DNA of 64,000 nucleotides from Schmidtea polychroa (taxonomy: Eukaryota), in contig CM097885.1 of NCBI GenBank assembly GCA_044892525.1, forward strand, positions 34,908,001-34,972,000, in the 5' to 3' direction. The notes beneath the pieces are model-generated. The model saw only the letters and a list, made by a program, of their open reading frames with translations. It searched no databases and was not told the origin of the DNA. Positions 1 through 14,349 of this stretch are shown piece after piece; within the stretch, counting starts at the first letter, position 1, and the number at the start of each line of letters is the position of its first letter. The position numbers and the translations under genes are program-made.

Positions 1-394
1 CACATCCACATATATATACGTATACACATACACCCACACATATATGGATATAATTTAAATTAATAATATTGATGTCGTTTTCAGGGGGGGGGGGTGTTAC
101 TAAAAATAGATTTTAGTGATTTTCCGTAATCTTATTGGAAGATAGGGCCATTGAAACTAAATTTAGAGATAGGGGAATCCCAAAATCGATAATTTTGTTT
201 AAAATTTTATTTTTAAGAAATAATAATTACTTTAATAATATAATCAGTTTAGTGGGGTTACTGGGGAAAATAAAATCAATGATATCAATAAAATGTAATA
301 GTAATACTAATGATAGTAGCAGTAATGTTAAAATAACAATAATGATAAACGGCGAATGTACCTTGATATCTTTATGAAATTACCACGGGTATAT

Positions 395-1360
395 AGCTTG
401 GGGGTCATTTAGGAATTTTAAGAGTTATCATTTTAAAATCAAATATAAGATGAATATATACATATATACACACATACACATATACACACACATATATACA
501 TATATATAAAAGTAGTCTATCTTAGTGTAAATTTAGATAAATATATAATTTGAGGGGGGTCATTTAGGAAATTTTACCACTTATATTTTTTATTATAATG
601 TAAGTTAAATATATATTAAAATAAGCCAATTTAGTATGTATAAGTTTGAGGGGGGGTCATGTGTGAACATTTACAATTTACATTTTTAAATATAATATAA
701 GTTAAATATATATTAAAAATGAGTCAATTTAGTATATTTAAGTAATGGACAATGAATGTATAATTTTGAGGGGGTCAGTTATGAAAATTTCCAATTTAGA
801 ATTTTAAATATACTGATAGTTAAATATATATTAAAATAAGTTAATTTAGTATGCTTAGGTAATGGGTAGTGACTGTATGATTCTGAGGGGGTCATTCATA
901 AAAATTTACAATTTATATTTTTAAATATAATATAAATTAAATGTATATTAAGATAAGCTAATTTAGTATATTTAGGCGGTAGTTGATGACTATATGGTTT
1001 GTGGGGGTCTTTGATGAAAATTTTTCAACTATAATTTTAAAGGTAATCTAAGTTAAGCATATATTTTAAATAGTCTAAATTAGTGTATCAGGTAGTGGTT
1101 AATGGTTATATGAATTAAGGGGGGTCATTTATCAAAATTTTCCAAATTTATATCGTAAAGATAATGTATTAATGTATTTAGACAATAATTAAGTTAATTT
1201 ATTGCTATATATATTGTTCTCGACTAATGTATAGTTTGAGGGGGGTACTCATGAAAAAGGTAAGTTATACTTTTATAAGTTTCAAATATACATATATAAG
1301 TTAGATTATGAATCTGGACATTTGTTTCGACCATTACGTAACTTGGGGGGGGTATTTATA
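395..1360 (+). repeat. Degenerate tandem array of about 120-bp units, each with a GAGGGGGTCA(T) core; mirrored at about 5880-7260
   Basis: A (T)GAGGGGG(G)TCAT..AAAATTT motif recurs roughly every 110-125 bp; inverted TGACCCCCTC copies occur in the right arm. Confidence 0.8.
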
Positions 1361-1399
1361 AAATATTTACAACTTTTTATAGATTATATTTTTATCGCT

Positions 1400-2050
1400 A
1401 ACGTAGTTTATATTTTATACTTTTATGACCAAATTAAGATTATAATTTATAGTCTTTCAGCTAATATAAGTTTATAATTTATATTTTTATGAAATTAAAT
1501 TTATAGTTTATGTTTTTAAAGCTAATATAATTTTATAATTTATACTTTTGAGTTTATAATTTATATTTTATGAAGTTAAGTTAAATTTATAGTTTATATT
1601 TTAAAGCTAATATAATTTTATAATTTATATTTTTATGAAGTTAAATTTATAGTTTATATTTTAAAGCTAATATAATTTTATAATTTATATTTTTATGAAG
1701 TTAAATTTATAGTTTATATTTTAGAGCCCATATAATTTTATAATTTATACTTTTAAGTTTATAATTTATATTTGGTGAAGTTCAATTTATAGTTTATATT
1801 TCCAAAGCTAATATAATTTTATAATTTATATTTTTATGAAGTTAAGATTATAATTTATACTTTTATAATTAACTTAGAGTTATAATTTATAATTTTTATC
1901 GTCAATACAAATTTGTAATTTATAATTTCAAGAAATTAAATTTATAATTTATACCTTTATAACTAATCATAATTTATATTTTGAAGAAATTAAATCTATA
2001 AGTATAATTCACATTTTTATGAAATTGAGAGGATAATTTATACTGTTATG
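1400..2050 (+). repeat. AT-rich tandem minisatellite of about 30/60 bp (TTTATAATTTATATTTTTATGAAGTTAAA)
   Basis: Directly visible repeat, expanded only in the left arm of the palindrome. Confidence 0.8.
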
Positions 2051-5000
2051 GGTTTACGATTTGAATTTTTATAGTTAGTTTAGAGTCTATTCAAATTTAA
2101 AATCCAAGTCTTGCTGATGCGCATGTCGAACACCTTTATGAATACTATCACTACTAAATCACTCATTTTTAAACAATCTTTACTTTACACTATTACTAGA
2201 AAATTTATTTAAGACATTTATAAATCTAGATTCGACAAACGTATAGGTAGAGTTGGTTCTTGATGATATTTAACCGTCTACATTAATTGTGAATTGTAGA
2301 GTTGTGATTAATTTAGGTCTGAGATCTACTCTGTTTATTAACCTTAGTGTATTGTATTGTGATGATTTTGGATGTAGATTTTAACTATGTAAATTATTCA
2401 TGCATTGAAAGTCGGGAAGAGTGTTTGCTTTCACGGCCCCACTGTGACCACTACGACAAACCTTACTGTTGTGTGGAGTCGAAACATCGCTGTCGACCGA
2501 TAAATAAATATATGGAGCCATAGCGGAGGGGTTTTATCGACACAACTCCATGGTAGAACCATGAAGTGGCCGACCTCCGATGACCGAACAAAAGGAAACC
2601 AATAATATTGATAAGTGCGTGCCAGGCAGTGGCCTGCAATCATTGTGAACTGTGTACTCATCGATGATAAAGTGCATAGGTGCAGGGTTGGCTGGGATCT
2701 CGCTTCAAAATCAATGATAACCGACGATCTCACTCAAACCTACATTTCTATAGTTAAAAAGAAATAATGAAAACAAGGTTTCAATAATAATAACTTATAA
2801 TTCACAATGAAATCGTTCTTACCTACAATCTCAGAAAAATCAAAACCAAAAATTTGGCATAAGAGTAAAAATATTCATTTGCATTTTTTTCCTTTCTTGC
2901 TTAAAAAGTGACGAAATGTGTTAGTTTATATAGCCTCTGTTTGACGTGTAAGTATACATGCGTGCATTGATGCAGTAAAACAAATTCAGATTATTTTAAT
3001 TCTCGAACATTCGATTTTTAATTTTTATCGATTTTGATGGCGATTTTTCAGTAAGAATTTTTGTTTTTATTTTCGAAATTTTATTTTCGAATTATTTTTT
3101 ATTAAATTTGCCTCCATGATGGATTTCAGCATTTCCAGAAAAGTCCATTCTAAATTCAATCTATTTCTTATTTTTAAATTGTTTTTTATGATTTCTTTTC
3201 TAAAATATTTATTTTTTAAACTAAAATATTTATTTTTTATAAATTTTATTGGGTCGTTTGGCCGTCATGATGGATTTCGCCATTTTTATGAATTGTTCTG
3301 GATTTTTATTCAAAATATCGATATAATTTTCTTTACGTAAGATTTTATGAAGATTTTCTTTAATTTTCTTTTTTAATTTTTACAATCGCCTTTATTCGAA
3401 TTTGTTTTTTGTTGTTTTTTATCTCTTTCGGTTATATTTGAGTAAGTTTTCGTGTAATACTTCTTGCTCGTGTTTTATTTTATTTTTAATTCAGATGTTT
3501 TATTTTTGGGTATATTATCTCTCTATTATCATTGTTTACTTGGTGTTTTATATATTTTTATTTAAGTAAACTTAATGCTGGGTATGCGTGTTGTGTACTG
3601 ACACATTTCGTCCCATTTCCAACTTTGGGTCTAGAAATCAGTTCTAGCCCAACAAATGCAACCAATTCTGTCTAATTATATCTTGAACTTTTGATTAAAT
3701 TGGGGTCGCAATTTTATGGGCCCCTGAGTGTTTTATGTTGGGCTAGAATGGGATGGGATGTCAGTACACAACACGCATACCCAGCATTAAGTTTACTTAA
3801 ATAAAAATATATAAAACACCAAGTAAACAATGATAATAGAGAGATAATATACCCAAAAATAAAACATCTGAATTAAAAATAAAATAAAACACGAGCAAGA
3901 AGTATTACACGAAAACTTACTCAAATATTACCGAAAGACATAAAACAACAAAAAACAAATTCGAATAAAGGCGATTAGTAAAAATAAAAAAAGAAAATTA
4001 AAGAACATCTTCATAAAATCTTAGGTAAAGAAAATTATATCGATATTTTGAATAAAAATCCAGAACAATTCATAAAAATGGCGAAATCCATCATGACCGC
4101 CAAACGACCCAATAAAATTTATAAAAAATAAATATTTTAGTTTAAAAAATAAATATTTTAGAAATCATAAAAAACAATTTAAAAATAAGAAATAGATTAA
4201 ATTTAGCATGGAATGTTCTGGAAATGCTGAAATCCATCATGGAGGCAAATTTAATAAACAATAATTCAAAAACAAAATTCCAAAAATAAAAACAAAAATT
4301 GTTACGGAAAAATCGCCATCAAAATCGATAAAAATTAAAAATCGAATGTTCGAGAATTAAAATAATCTGAATTTGTTTTACTGAATCAATGCACGCATGT
4401 ATACTTACACGTCAAACAGAGGCTATATAAACTAACACATTTCGTCACTTTTTAAGGAAAAAATGCTAATGTTTACTCTTATGCCAAATTTTTGGTTTTG
4501 ATTTTTCTGAGATTGTAAGTAAGGACGATTTCATTGTGAATTATAAATTATTATTATTGAAACCTTGTTTTCATTAGTTCTATTTAACTATAGAGGTGTA
4601 GGTTTGAGTGAGATCGTCGGTCATCAATAATTTTGAAGCGAGATCCCAGCCAACCCTGCACTTACACACTTTATCATTTATGAATGCACAGTTCATAATG
4701 ATTTCGGGTCCTCGACCCTACATGCATTAAAATGATTTCAACTGCCAGAAGTCGCCACGAACAAATGGTGTTTAACCAGGAGTTGGGCTTATAAATCCTT
4801 CTTGGTAGTCGGCATAGTCACGGGACTATGCGGACGAAATAATTATTGGAAACTAATTGTGGATACATATTACAATAGGGCCTATCCTATCGTACTCAGT
4901 GTAGTAGGGAAAGTAGGTAAATTTTAATTAAATTGACCTTTTCGTTAACCTACATATCTGAAATAACACTTAAATTATACTATTTTGCACACAACATTAG

Positions 5001-7311
5001 GAACTGATAAACGGGGAATATCCCCTGACTCAAATTTCACACAATAGAACATGCTAGTGTAGCTGGTTATTTTTAAACGAATCCCTCTTGAACTATAAAT
5101 TCAATGTGAACCTAAGAAACTAATTAACTCAAAATAACAAGAAGATCCCTGCGCAAAAATTTTAAGGCAATTAAAGACTTAAAAATTCTGAACTATTCCC
5201 TGTAAGAATACTGCAACCTAAAGTTCATGCGATGAGTAGGACCTAAGATGATATAATCTCAATCGCACTGGTAAGCGAACTAATATCTATAGATGCCCAC
5301 AAAATAACCTATTTTGATGCAAACTAAATTTCTCTATCGTAATGGTCTTGGTATGCGCAAATTCCCGTAGACATATTAACAAAGTTTCTTTATCTATAAA
5401 CTACTAATATTATATCTATAACTTATAAATTCGGGCAACATCTTCACATTATTCTACGCTAAGTTGAATAGCTATAAAAAGTAAATTGTCGACACAAATG
5501 TTATGTAATTACAATATATAGATTCATAACGAAAAAAAAAATATTTCCACTAAAAGTGCTTTTCATTCGACTAAAAAGTTGTTGAAATGATATTTTACAG
5601 GCATAAATTTCTCTAGATATGATATAGGGATCCACAAAATCGATCTACGTTAAAAGTGTTCTCCATCATAACCAAAACAAGGCTACATGGATAACTTGCA
5701 AGCATAAATATTATTTCAACATAAAGCATAAATCAAAACCAAGGAGTATATAGACTTTCAAGTACAACTGTCCCACCCCTAAGAGGTGTAGCAAAAAGAA
5801 AAACCTTAGGATTATTAATATAAATTATATATATACTAGATTCTCTTAAGTATGTATTTTAATTTTCTAAGAAAATTTTTATTTTTTTGCCCTCAAATTG
5901 TATAATAGTCAAAATCAATGTTAAAAATATTAATCTAAAATACATACATGTATAATAAACTCGTAAAACTATAATTTATAAAATTTTCCCTAAATACCCA
6001 CTCAGGTTGTATAATAGCCAAAACACATGTTCAAAGAAATATTCCAAACTATAATTGCACATTTTGAACTTATAAAGTATAATTTGTAATCTTTCATTAG
6101 TACCCCCCCCCCCTAAGTTATATCATAATCAAAAGGGGCTAATGTTAATAATATAAACATATATAAGCATATTAGAATTTATACAAGTATGATTTACCTT
6201 TTTTCACAGATGCCTCCCTCAAGTAGTATGGTAGCTCAAATTTATGTCAAGAGTGCTGATTTAACTTACTTATAAATTGAAAATAAATCCATAAAATTAT
6301 AAATTATTAAACTTTCCCTAATTACCCCCTAAGTTACCGAATAGTCGAAAACAATATAAATTAACATATATATGTACAGATACCAAATTTATAAAACTAT
6401 AATTTATAATTTTTCCATAAATAACTTTCCCTTAAATCACATATAACCATTAACCACTCCCTTGAAGCATTAACTTAGACTATTTTATATATATACTTAA
6501 CTTATATTACCTTTAAAATCATAGTTGAAATTTTTTCATCAAAGACCCCCCAATAAACCATATCGTCATCAACTACCACCTAAATATACAAAATTAGCTT
6601 ATCTTAATATATATTTAACTTATAGTATATTTTAAAATATAAATTGTAAATGTTCATAAATGACCCCCTCCGAATTATACATTCATTTTCCATTGCATAA
6701 ATATCCTAAATTAACTTATTTTAATGTATATATAACTTATAGTATATTTAAAAGTCTAAATTGGAAATGTTCATAACTGACCTCTTCAAAATTATACATT
6801 CATTGTCCATTACTTAAATATACTAAATTGACTTATTTTTAATATATATTTAACTTATATTATATTTAAAAATGTAAATTGTAAATGTTCACACATGACC
6901 CCCCCCCCCCCCCCCTCAAACTTATACATACTAAATTGGCTTATTTTAATATATATTTAACTTACATTATAATAAAAAATATAAGTTGTAAAATTTCATT
7001 AATGACCCCCCTCAGATCATATAGTCATTAATGATTACCCAAAAGTACTAATTTAATTTGTTTGCAGATATAGTCAACTTATATTACCTTTAAAAATATA
7101 ACTTGTATTTTTTATTTAACCGACCCCCCTCAAATCATGTAGCCATTAACTATTACGTAGGTATACTGAATTATATCATATTCATAGACAGTTAAATTAT
7201 ATTTCATTTAAAAATACAAATTCATAATTTTTCGTAAATGACCCCTCGCCCATATGTGGTAATCTTATAAAAATATAAATTTACATTTATTATTATTATT
7301 ATCGTTAGTAA

Positions 7312-7358
<47 letters not shown>

Positions 7359-7408
7359 GTATTAGTATTGTTACCAGTAACATTATCACTCTTATTATTA
7401 TTATTACT

Positions 7409-7439
<31 letters not shown>

Positions 7440-9139
7440 CATTAAAATAATTATCTTTATTTCATGAAAATAGAATTATAAACCAAATTATTGATTTTGG
7501 GATTCCCCTATCTCTAAATTCAGCTTCAATGGCCCTATCTTCCAATAAAATTACGGAAAATCACTAAAATCTATTTTTAGTAACACCCCCCCCCCGGAAA
7601 ACGACATCAATATTATTAATTTAAATTATATCCATATATAGGTATGTGTGCGTGTATATGTATATATATGTATGTATGTGTGTGTATATATATGTTGTAA
7701 CCTTATAAAAATCACTTATAATTTTCACGAAGACCCCGTTACGCTATAACATAGCAAAATAAGGTAACATGACTAATTCAAATCATATGTCTTAAACTTA
7801 AAAAATATAATTTGTAATTTCCCGAAATACCCCCCCCCCTCTTTCAAATTATATACTTGTCAAAATACATGTAATAACACCAATTAATGATAGTGTGTAA
7901 TTAGTTTATTAGCGACAATCAAAAGATAAACCATTTTTTTATTAAAAAAAAACATATTACCAGCCTCTGTATGCAAGGGTAGAATGATTGTTAAACCCAA
8001 CTAAATGATATAGAACAGAATAACGAGATTGAATAAGAGCGACGGTAGCCAACTGAAGAGGTCCAAACCTAAATATTGTCCGTCGAATAATTCTGAAATT
8101 TCTAAAATAAAAACTGGATTCGATAGTGGCAGATTATTATCCCCAGCACCGAAGCATGAAATTTAAAACTACCAAGGGTCATGATGATAATCCTATGATC
8201 TTAATCCTTGAGATCATAAAATATTGTACCATAAAAAATTACCTCATAATGCAAGATCGACCATTATGTTGCAAGTTAACATAAAGAACCTAAAGGAAAA
8301 TTAACCTAGGACAGCTGAATATTCCGGTAGAATCAGACTTGCCAGACGGGTAAGGAGAGAATCCATGTTGGATTGCAACAACTTACCTACGACTGTAAGC
8401 CTAATTTACTCGGCTAATAAATTTAATAAATTTAAATATAATAATTATAATATATAAAATAAATAAATTTGAAACAAATATATTTACTTGTAATCCTGTT
8501 GCCATAGATAAACACAGGTTAATATTTAATGAACTCCCATAATTAATAAATTTTTTTTGGGTTTCAGGAAATTCCGAACCTAAACAAGGTAAAAAAAAAC
8601 AAAAAAACAAATTGAGAATATTTCAATAGAGAATTTTTTATTAGAGTGTAGAATGCATTTTTATTGGTGGAGCATAGATTAAATTAGGAACCACCGTTAT
8701 CATCAGTTTTTAACTTGTATTTTTATGCCATAGACAATTAGGTTTTCGTATGGGGACGCACAGGAAGGTACATAAGCGTATAGTGAGTATATAAGGGTAT
8801 CAATAAAATTGTTTAATTTCGCGGGTTTGTTTGATATCAGTCTGATGAGATGGTGAGTGAGTTTCTAGATTTTTGGAAAACAATTTAATTAAGGGATCAG
8901 AACAAAATCGGACGCAAGCCTCCAATCGGCAGTCCGTGAACCCCAGTGGGTGCTAGACAATTATAGTATGTTAAGCATGCTCACTTTTTGCTAGTACTCA
9001 AACCCTTGATACAGTACCAACGTTGATTACTCAACGGGTATCAAGCGGTAAAACGATGTTGTATTCTGGGTTACGCTGGAAACGGCACTAAAGAGCAAAA
9101 TATATGATCTTCAGTAACCCACCAAAATCAATTGTAGAA

Positions 9140-9490
9140 CGAGTGTCTGCATTCAAATGTTTTGGCCAAGTTGCTTGATCACTAAAATCATCATTTACAT
9201 TTATCAAACCAACCAACTCTTATGTTACTTCATTTGCAGTTGCAGATATCCGTGTCCCTGTAATCTGAGAAGTATCAGCAATCCCAACGTCAGAGGTATC
9301 GATACTAGACTTTGTGTTATTTTCATAAGTTGCTGCATCTTTGTATTCTTCAGAAGTTGACGATGTTGACGAACTTTGATGTTGCACAAGAAATTCATTG
9401 AGAGATTGTGTTAATGCCTTAATTTGGCTTTCTTGTGTTGCTTTTTATTTTTTTCTTTTCATTGCCAGTTTTATATTTTCTGCCAAAATC
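9140..9490 (-). pseudogene. N-terminal remnant of a hAT (ZMYM/TTF-type) transposase
   Basis: Minus strand reads RKYKTGNEK..KATQESQIKALTQSLNEFL, then an S/T-rich linker, then DDFSDQATWPKHLN, with stops and a frameshift. This resembles the RKYxSGxEKRKK...DPAxWP start of these transposases. Confidence 0.5.
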
Positions 9491-10489
9491 GTGATTTCGT
9501 TATGGTGGTATATCCCCTCGACTAAAAAATCAATTAATGGAAATTTTTAAATTCAAGTAGCAATTCTTTCGGACTATTTAATAATGACACTAACTTTTTG
9601 ATTAACGATGATCAGCTCTGAAATTAATATTCATTGACCACGTAAGGCCCGGTATGGATAAAGTGCTACGCCAGCACGCCCCATGCTTATATTCGTAATA
9701 TTAATGATAATATTTCTAAATAAATGTCATAATTGTCAGTGACAGATTGCAGATAATTAATTTTATTATATTAGTACGTTATTTTTATAATTAGTTTATC
9801 CTGAAAATTAAAAATTTTTTAAAAAATTAAATAAAAGATAATTACATAATAGTATTAAAATTGTAAAAAGTACTAAAACATGTAGTCAAAGCGATTGCCT
9901 TGTTCACCTTACCCTAAGGCCGGGCCTGCCTCTTTATATAGTAAATTAGTATTTACGATAAAAATTATTTTAATATTTAATATAAATATTTATTTTTATA
10001 ACATGTTTTTATTATGTGCCCTTATTCTACTTATTAAATAAACATGTTATTTGGAAAAATCGTTAAACATTTCGTAGAAAATTTGAAAACAATAAATAAA
10101 TATTCATGTTATTTTAATTATAGTAGCTCCGAAGTACATCATAATTAATACGATCCAAAATTTATTATGTGACCTTTCTGGTTGTGATGTTGTAATTGAC
10201 GAATTATATCTGTATTCTTGACATAATTTTGGTTTTTGCTCTCCTTTATTAAAACGTGCGTAGCTACATTTCTTTCGTATTTCGTGCATTATTTTGAAAG
10301 ATTGACCTTCTCCTTTTTCTCATTATTTAAACAAATAAAAACTGAATTTTATTTATAATATAAAGTATAGGCACTACATTTGATTATTAAATAATTAAAT
10401 TATTTTTCCCTTTTTACTTTTGAAGAATAGTTAGATATGTTAATTAATGTTCTCCCTTTTTTGCTTTTGAATTTATTGCATAACTAATA

Positions 10490-11173
10490 TGTTGAGGTCT
10501 CATTGTTTGAGATTCTCAACTTACTGGTTCTTATATAAGTTATAAAATAACAGTAAGATCTGATTATAAATATTTATTCAATAAAAAATATTCACCTAAA
10601 AGTAATAACAAGATTCTACTTTTCTAAAGTTTAGATATCGTATGGGTACGTGTTATATATTTGTGTGTATGATAGTTTATGCCTGTTATACTATGTATGC
10701 AAAGAATTATGAAGTGAAATTCGACTAAAATTCTCTTGAATTTTGTGATGTCGTAGTTGAAAACTTTTGAATGATTTCCTTCCAAAATTTATTAGCCAGA
10801 ATAAGAATTAAATTTAAGGGCGAGTTGACTGATTTCGACGTCGCTATTTATACAAAATTTTGGGCAACTATTTTGGGAATTGAATAAATATATTTTATTT
10901 TCTATCAACAAAAAGATTTAGGGTTTATTAATTTAATTGTTCAAAATTGTTTTAAAATTTTTCTCAAATTACTTAAAATTTCCCAGATTATTTGTTTAAG
11001 CAAAATTCAGAATTATATTTATTTGTTTAAAATGTCCCTTAATTATTAAAATTGCTTTTTATTTGTTTAAGCAAAATTTTCATTTTGCTTGTTCTTAAAT
11101 AATCTCAAAATTGTTATAAATTTAATGATGCCATTATATAATTAAGTTTTTATGTAAATGACACATATCAACA
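10490..11173. mobile_element. Probable solo LTR
   Basis: TGTTGA...TCAACA termini, 684 bp, with a TATA-like GTATAAATAG on the minus strand near 10845. The TSD is not clean (AATA/TATA). Confidence 0.45.
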
Positions 11174-11397
11174 TATATATATATATAATATTTACACCAA
11201 ATAAAATAATTACATATGAATTAAAAATTGTCAAGAAAACATAATAATAATTTAGTCACATATAAATCACAAATTGTCTGATATGAAATATCGATTGAAT
11301 TGCGAAATATGGATTGGGTCTTTTTTGAATTATCGAGGCTATTAGGGTTATATTGTATTTTATGATTATCTTGGGGTCTTTCGCTATATATGTTTAC

Positions 11398-14349
11398 CAG
11401 TGGCGTAGCTATCTTACCACTGCCCCCAATAAACCAAGTAAACTCGCGCACTGCAAACCTGATTGGCATAAAAATTTTAACATACCTTTAATTAAATACA
11501 TTTTATAGTTTAAAACACGCCTCTACACTCTATGGTACGTTCAGAATGGCTACTACTATGGACTCTTCACCGGACGACCATCTTGTTGGGCACAGTGCCT
11601 TGAGTTTGATATTCGATTAAGTTGTAAACAATAGTAGAATCTCCCATAGTTTGATACTGGGACCGAAGAACAAGTATATATCCGCTGAATAACATAAAAA
11701 AATTGTGATACTTTGTGTACTTGATAAATCGCATCATTCAGAACCAAGGTAAGATTATGTGCAACACAATAAACGTATAAAGCGTTTGGAAACTTGGCCG
11801 ATATAAGTCTTGAATTGATGACGTTCGATGGTCTTGTGTACGTCCGTGCAACTATACTTGCAGTATTCGTACGAATTCGTATTTTTATAATTCACAATTA
11901 AATTTTAAGCTTGTTTTAAAAGGAATGTATCGTTACTTCAAAAGGGTGGAATTTAATGATATTGATTTAGAATTGAATTTGAATAGAAAAACGACAAGTG
12001 AATATACCGATATTTGCAGGAAGGCTATATATTATTACATTCCAACGCAAAGTATACGCCTGGGTAGAATTTCAAATGACGGCATTGATGGGTGTGATGA
12101 AGCTTTTCTGCCGCGGAAGTATAATCGGGAAGCATCCTTTATAACCAGAGAGGCTCGCGCAATGTTTTCATAATGTCTGCAGCTAGTTGGAATGCGGACT
12201 CTATGATTCAAGTGCTGCTTAAAAATGTTTCGCCATGTTACATCATTTGGGGAATATGGTGCATGATGATGAAATGACTGGCTGTGTTTTGTAGATCCAG
12301 ACAATACGGAAGTGCACAACACAAATATCGAGGGATGAGGTCACTTTCGAAGTATTAGATGTTTGGTTTCTTAAATTAATCACATCCATATATTCCAAAT
12401 GTCATCCTATTTATTTGTCTGTTTTTAATAGAAAATTCTGTCTTCAGTCTCGATTCTTAATCAAGTTCCACTTGGTAGTACGCATTTCCTAAATCAATTG
12501 TTCTGAAATATTTTGCACCTCCCAACGTATCTAATAATTCATTTGTATTTGAGATTGGAAATATTGGTCGTTCTGTGACATTGTTTAGTTCTCTAAAATG
12601 CAGACAAATTCGTACATCATTTTTATCTTTTTTCTTTACACACACTAAAGGAGTGTTCCATGGCCATTTAAATTCTTTAATGATTCCAAATTTTTCCATT
12701 TCTTTTATATTTTCATCAATCTTTCCAATCAAATGGGCTGGCTGTCGCCTTGCATTTATCACAATAGGTCTTCCTGAAGTTAAAATCTCATGCCTTATAC
12801 CCACATCCCATTTGTCTTTCAAAAATTGACTCAAATTTTCTGCATAGCTCTCTAACATTACTATCTTTACATTGGTTAGATTCACTCAATTCTTTTACGT
12901 TTTTTATTCTAGCAATAGTTACATCTTCATTTAATAAACTATCCTTCATCTTTAACATTATGTCGAATTTTCTCAAGAAGTCTATTCCTCCAATTACCTT
13001 TGGTGAAATCTCTTTAGCCACAATAAATTCAATTATTCTCATCTCTTTCGTTCCAACTATTTGAACTGCAATATTTACCTTTCCTACTATAGATAGCGGT
13101 GACTCATTTGCACATCTCAATTTAGCATAACATCTTTTAAAATTAAACTTTCCCATCTTTTCTAATACAATTTCATCAATCACACTGATCTTTGCTCCTG
13201 TATCTAATAAACAGCATACTTCGTTCTCATTGATCAATAATATAACACTTGGTCTACCATTTAATTTATTATATTTAATTATATTACTATTGTAATTTAT
13301 ATCATTAATATTACAAACATGCTCTACAACATTTCCAAAATCATCTAACCTCAATCCATTATTACACCAATCACTATAAATATCTGCATCGGAGACGCAT
13401 TTACAATTATCATCATATATTCATATATTCATATTTCTCATTATTTAATACAAGCAAACAATCATCATACAAACAGTCATCATACAGTTTCCCATTCAAC
13501 ATATAACTCATACTTACTGTAGAGCTCCGATCACCTCCTCTTGTGGTGGGTATTGATTTTCATGTTCTTCCATTGCCGCAACTGGTTTCTGATATTGTTG
13601 GTTTCTGAAATTTCTGCCATTTCCTTGGAATTTTACTCATATGTTTTCTTGGCTGAACTTTGGCTTATTGTTTCTTTGGAATTCTTGTTTATTAAAATTA
13701 GATTGTTTGTTCTGATATTCTCGATTCTGCATATCGTTATATCTGTGTAATATTGGTCTTACTGGAATATTTATAGCTTTTTTACCATATCCGCGTATCT
13801 CGTTTCAATTCCCACAACTGCCATCGAGTCACTGTTTCGATTTAATTCTTTAATTACTTTTTCGTGTTTTTTAATTCTCTTTTTCATTTCCTTCACTGAT
13901 TTATATTCATTTAATCTCAAATCTTTTTTCAAATCTTGGTCTCCCACTGCATTGAATATGAGAAATTTTTGAAGTTCTTCTTCATTTAACTCATGTTTCA
14001 GAATTCGTTTTAAATTTAATTAATTTAGTTTTTCAAACACTGTATAACACGCGTTTAGCAAATAAACAATCTACGTAATATTTCGCACAAAGCAGGATGT
14101 ATAGTAAGAACATATCCATGATATATTATGATATATTATTATTATATTGCTAAACAACAATCGAATTTTTGGCGACATCTATTCGCTCGTAATGCCCATA
14201 ATGTTAATTTCGTAACTAGAAATTTATCGCATCGCAATACGTCCTTCTGACTGACTACCCATGCTAAACTGTTCATAATTTTGTTTTTTTCTGGTCGAGT
14301 TGGGCCCACACAAACGGCCTGGCCCCGCAGCACGATAGTTACACCACTA
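11398..14349. mobile_element. Old hAT-type element containing an inserted gypsy fragment
   Basis: Terminal inverted repeats CAGTGGCGTAGC and GTTACACCACTA; near-perfect 8-bp TSD ATGTTTAC (11390-11397) / ATGTTCAC (14350-14357). Confidence 0.7.
12340..14040 (-). pseudogene. Degenerate Ty3/gypsy gag-protease-RT fragment
   Basis: ORF 12788-13354 has the aspartic protease motif LLDTGAKISVI. ORF 12457-12885 has RT motifs (PWNTPLVCVKKKD..VRICLHFRELN, IDLGNAYYQV). Frameshifted and truncated before YxDD; no LTRs seen. Confidence 0.85.

Larger units (their letters stand above)
1..7680. repeat. Large imperfect palindrome (foldback element); left end lies outside the window
   Basis: About 1-200 is the reverse complement of about 7480-7680, and about 550-1150 of about 6400-7020. 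The inner arms about 2640-3603 and 3759-4700 are near-identical inverted copies around a 155-bp spacer, which itself contains a small inverted repeat TTCTAGCCCAACA/TGTTGGGCTAGAA. No long ORF. Confidence 0.9.

Noticed and set aside
2431..2733. 100-aa ORF in the palindrome arm
   Set aside because: GTG start, and the mirror copy terminates after about 40 codons; no recognisable domain.
7222..7416. Poly-Ile/Tyr/Leu ORFs (also 23008-23424, 40848-41078, 42921-43121, 48182-48412, 61453-61822)
   Set aside because: Translations of (AAT)n or (TA)n microsatellites.
9644..9928. Possible hAT MITE (AGGCCCGG..CCGGGCCTG)
   Set aside because: Short TIR and no convincing 8-bp TSD.
10104..10330. Possible pogo/Tigger HTH remnant
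   Set aside because: Resemblance too weak to call without a profile search.
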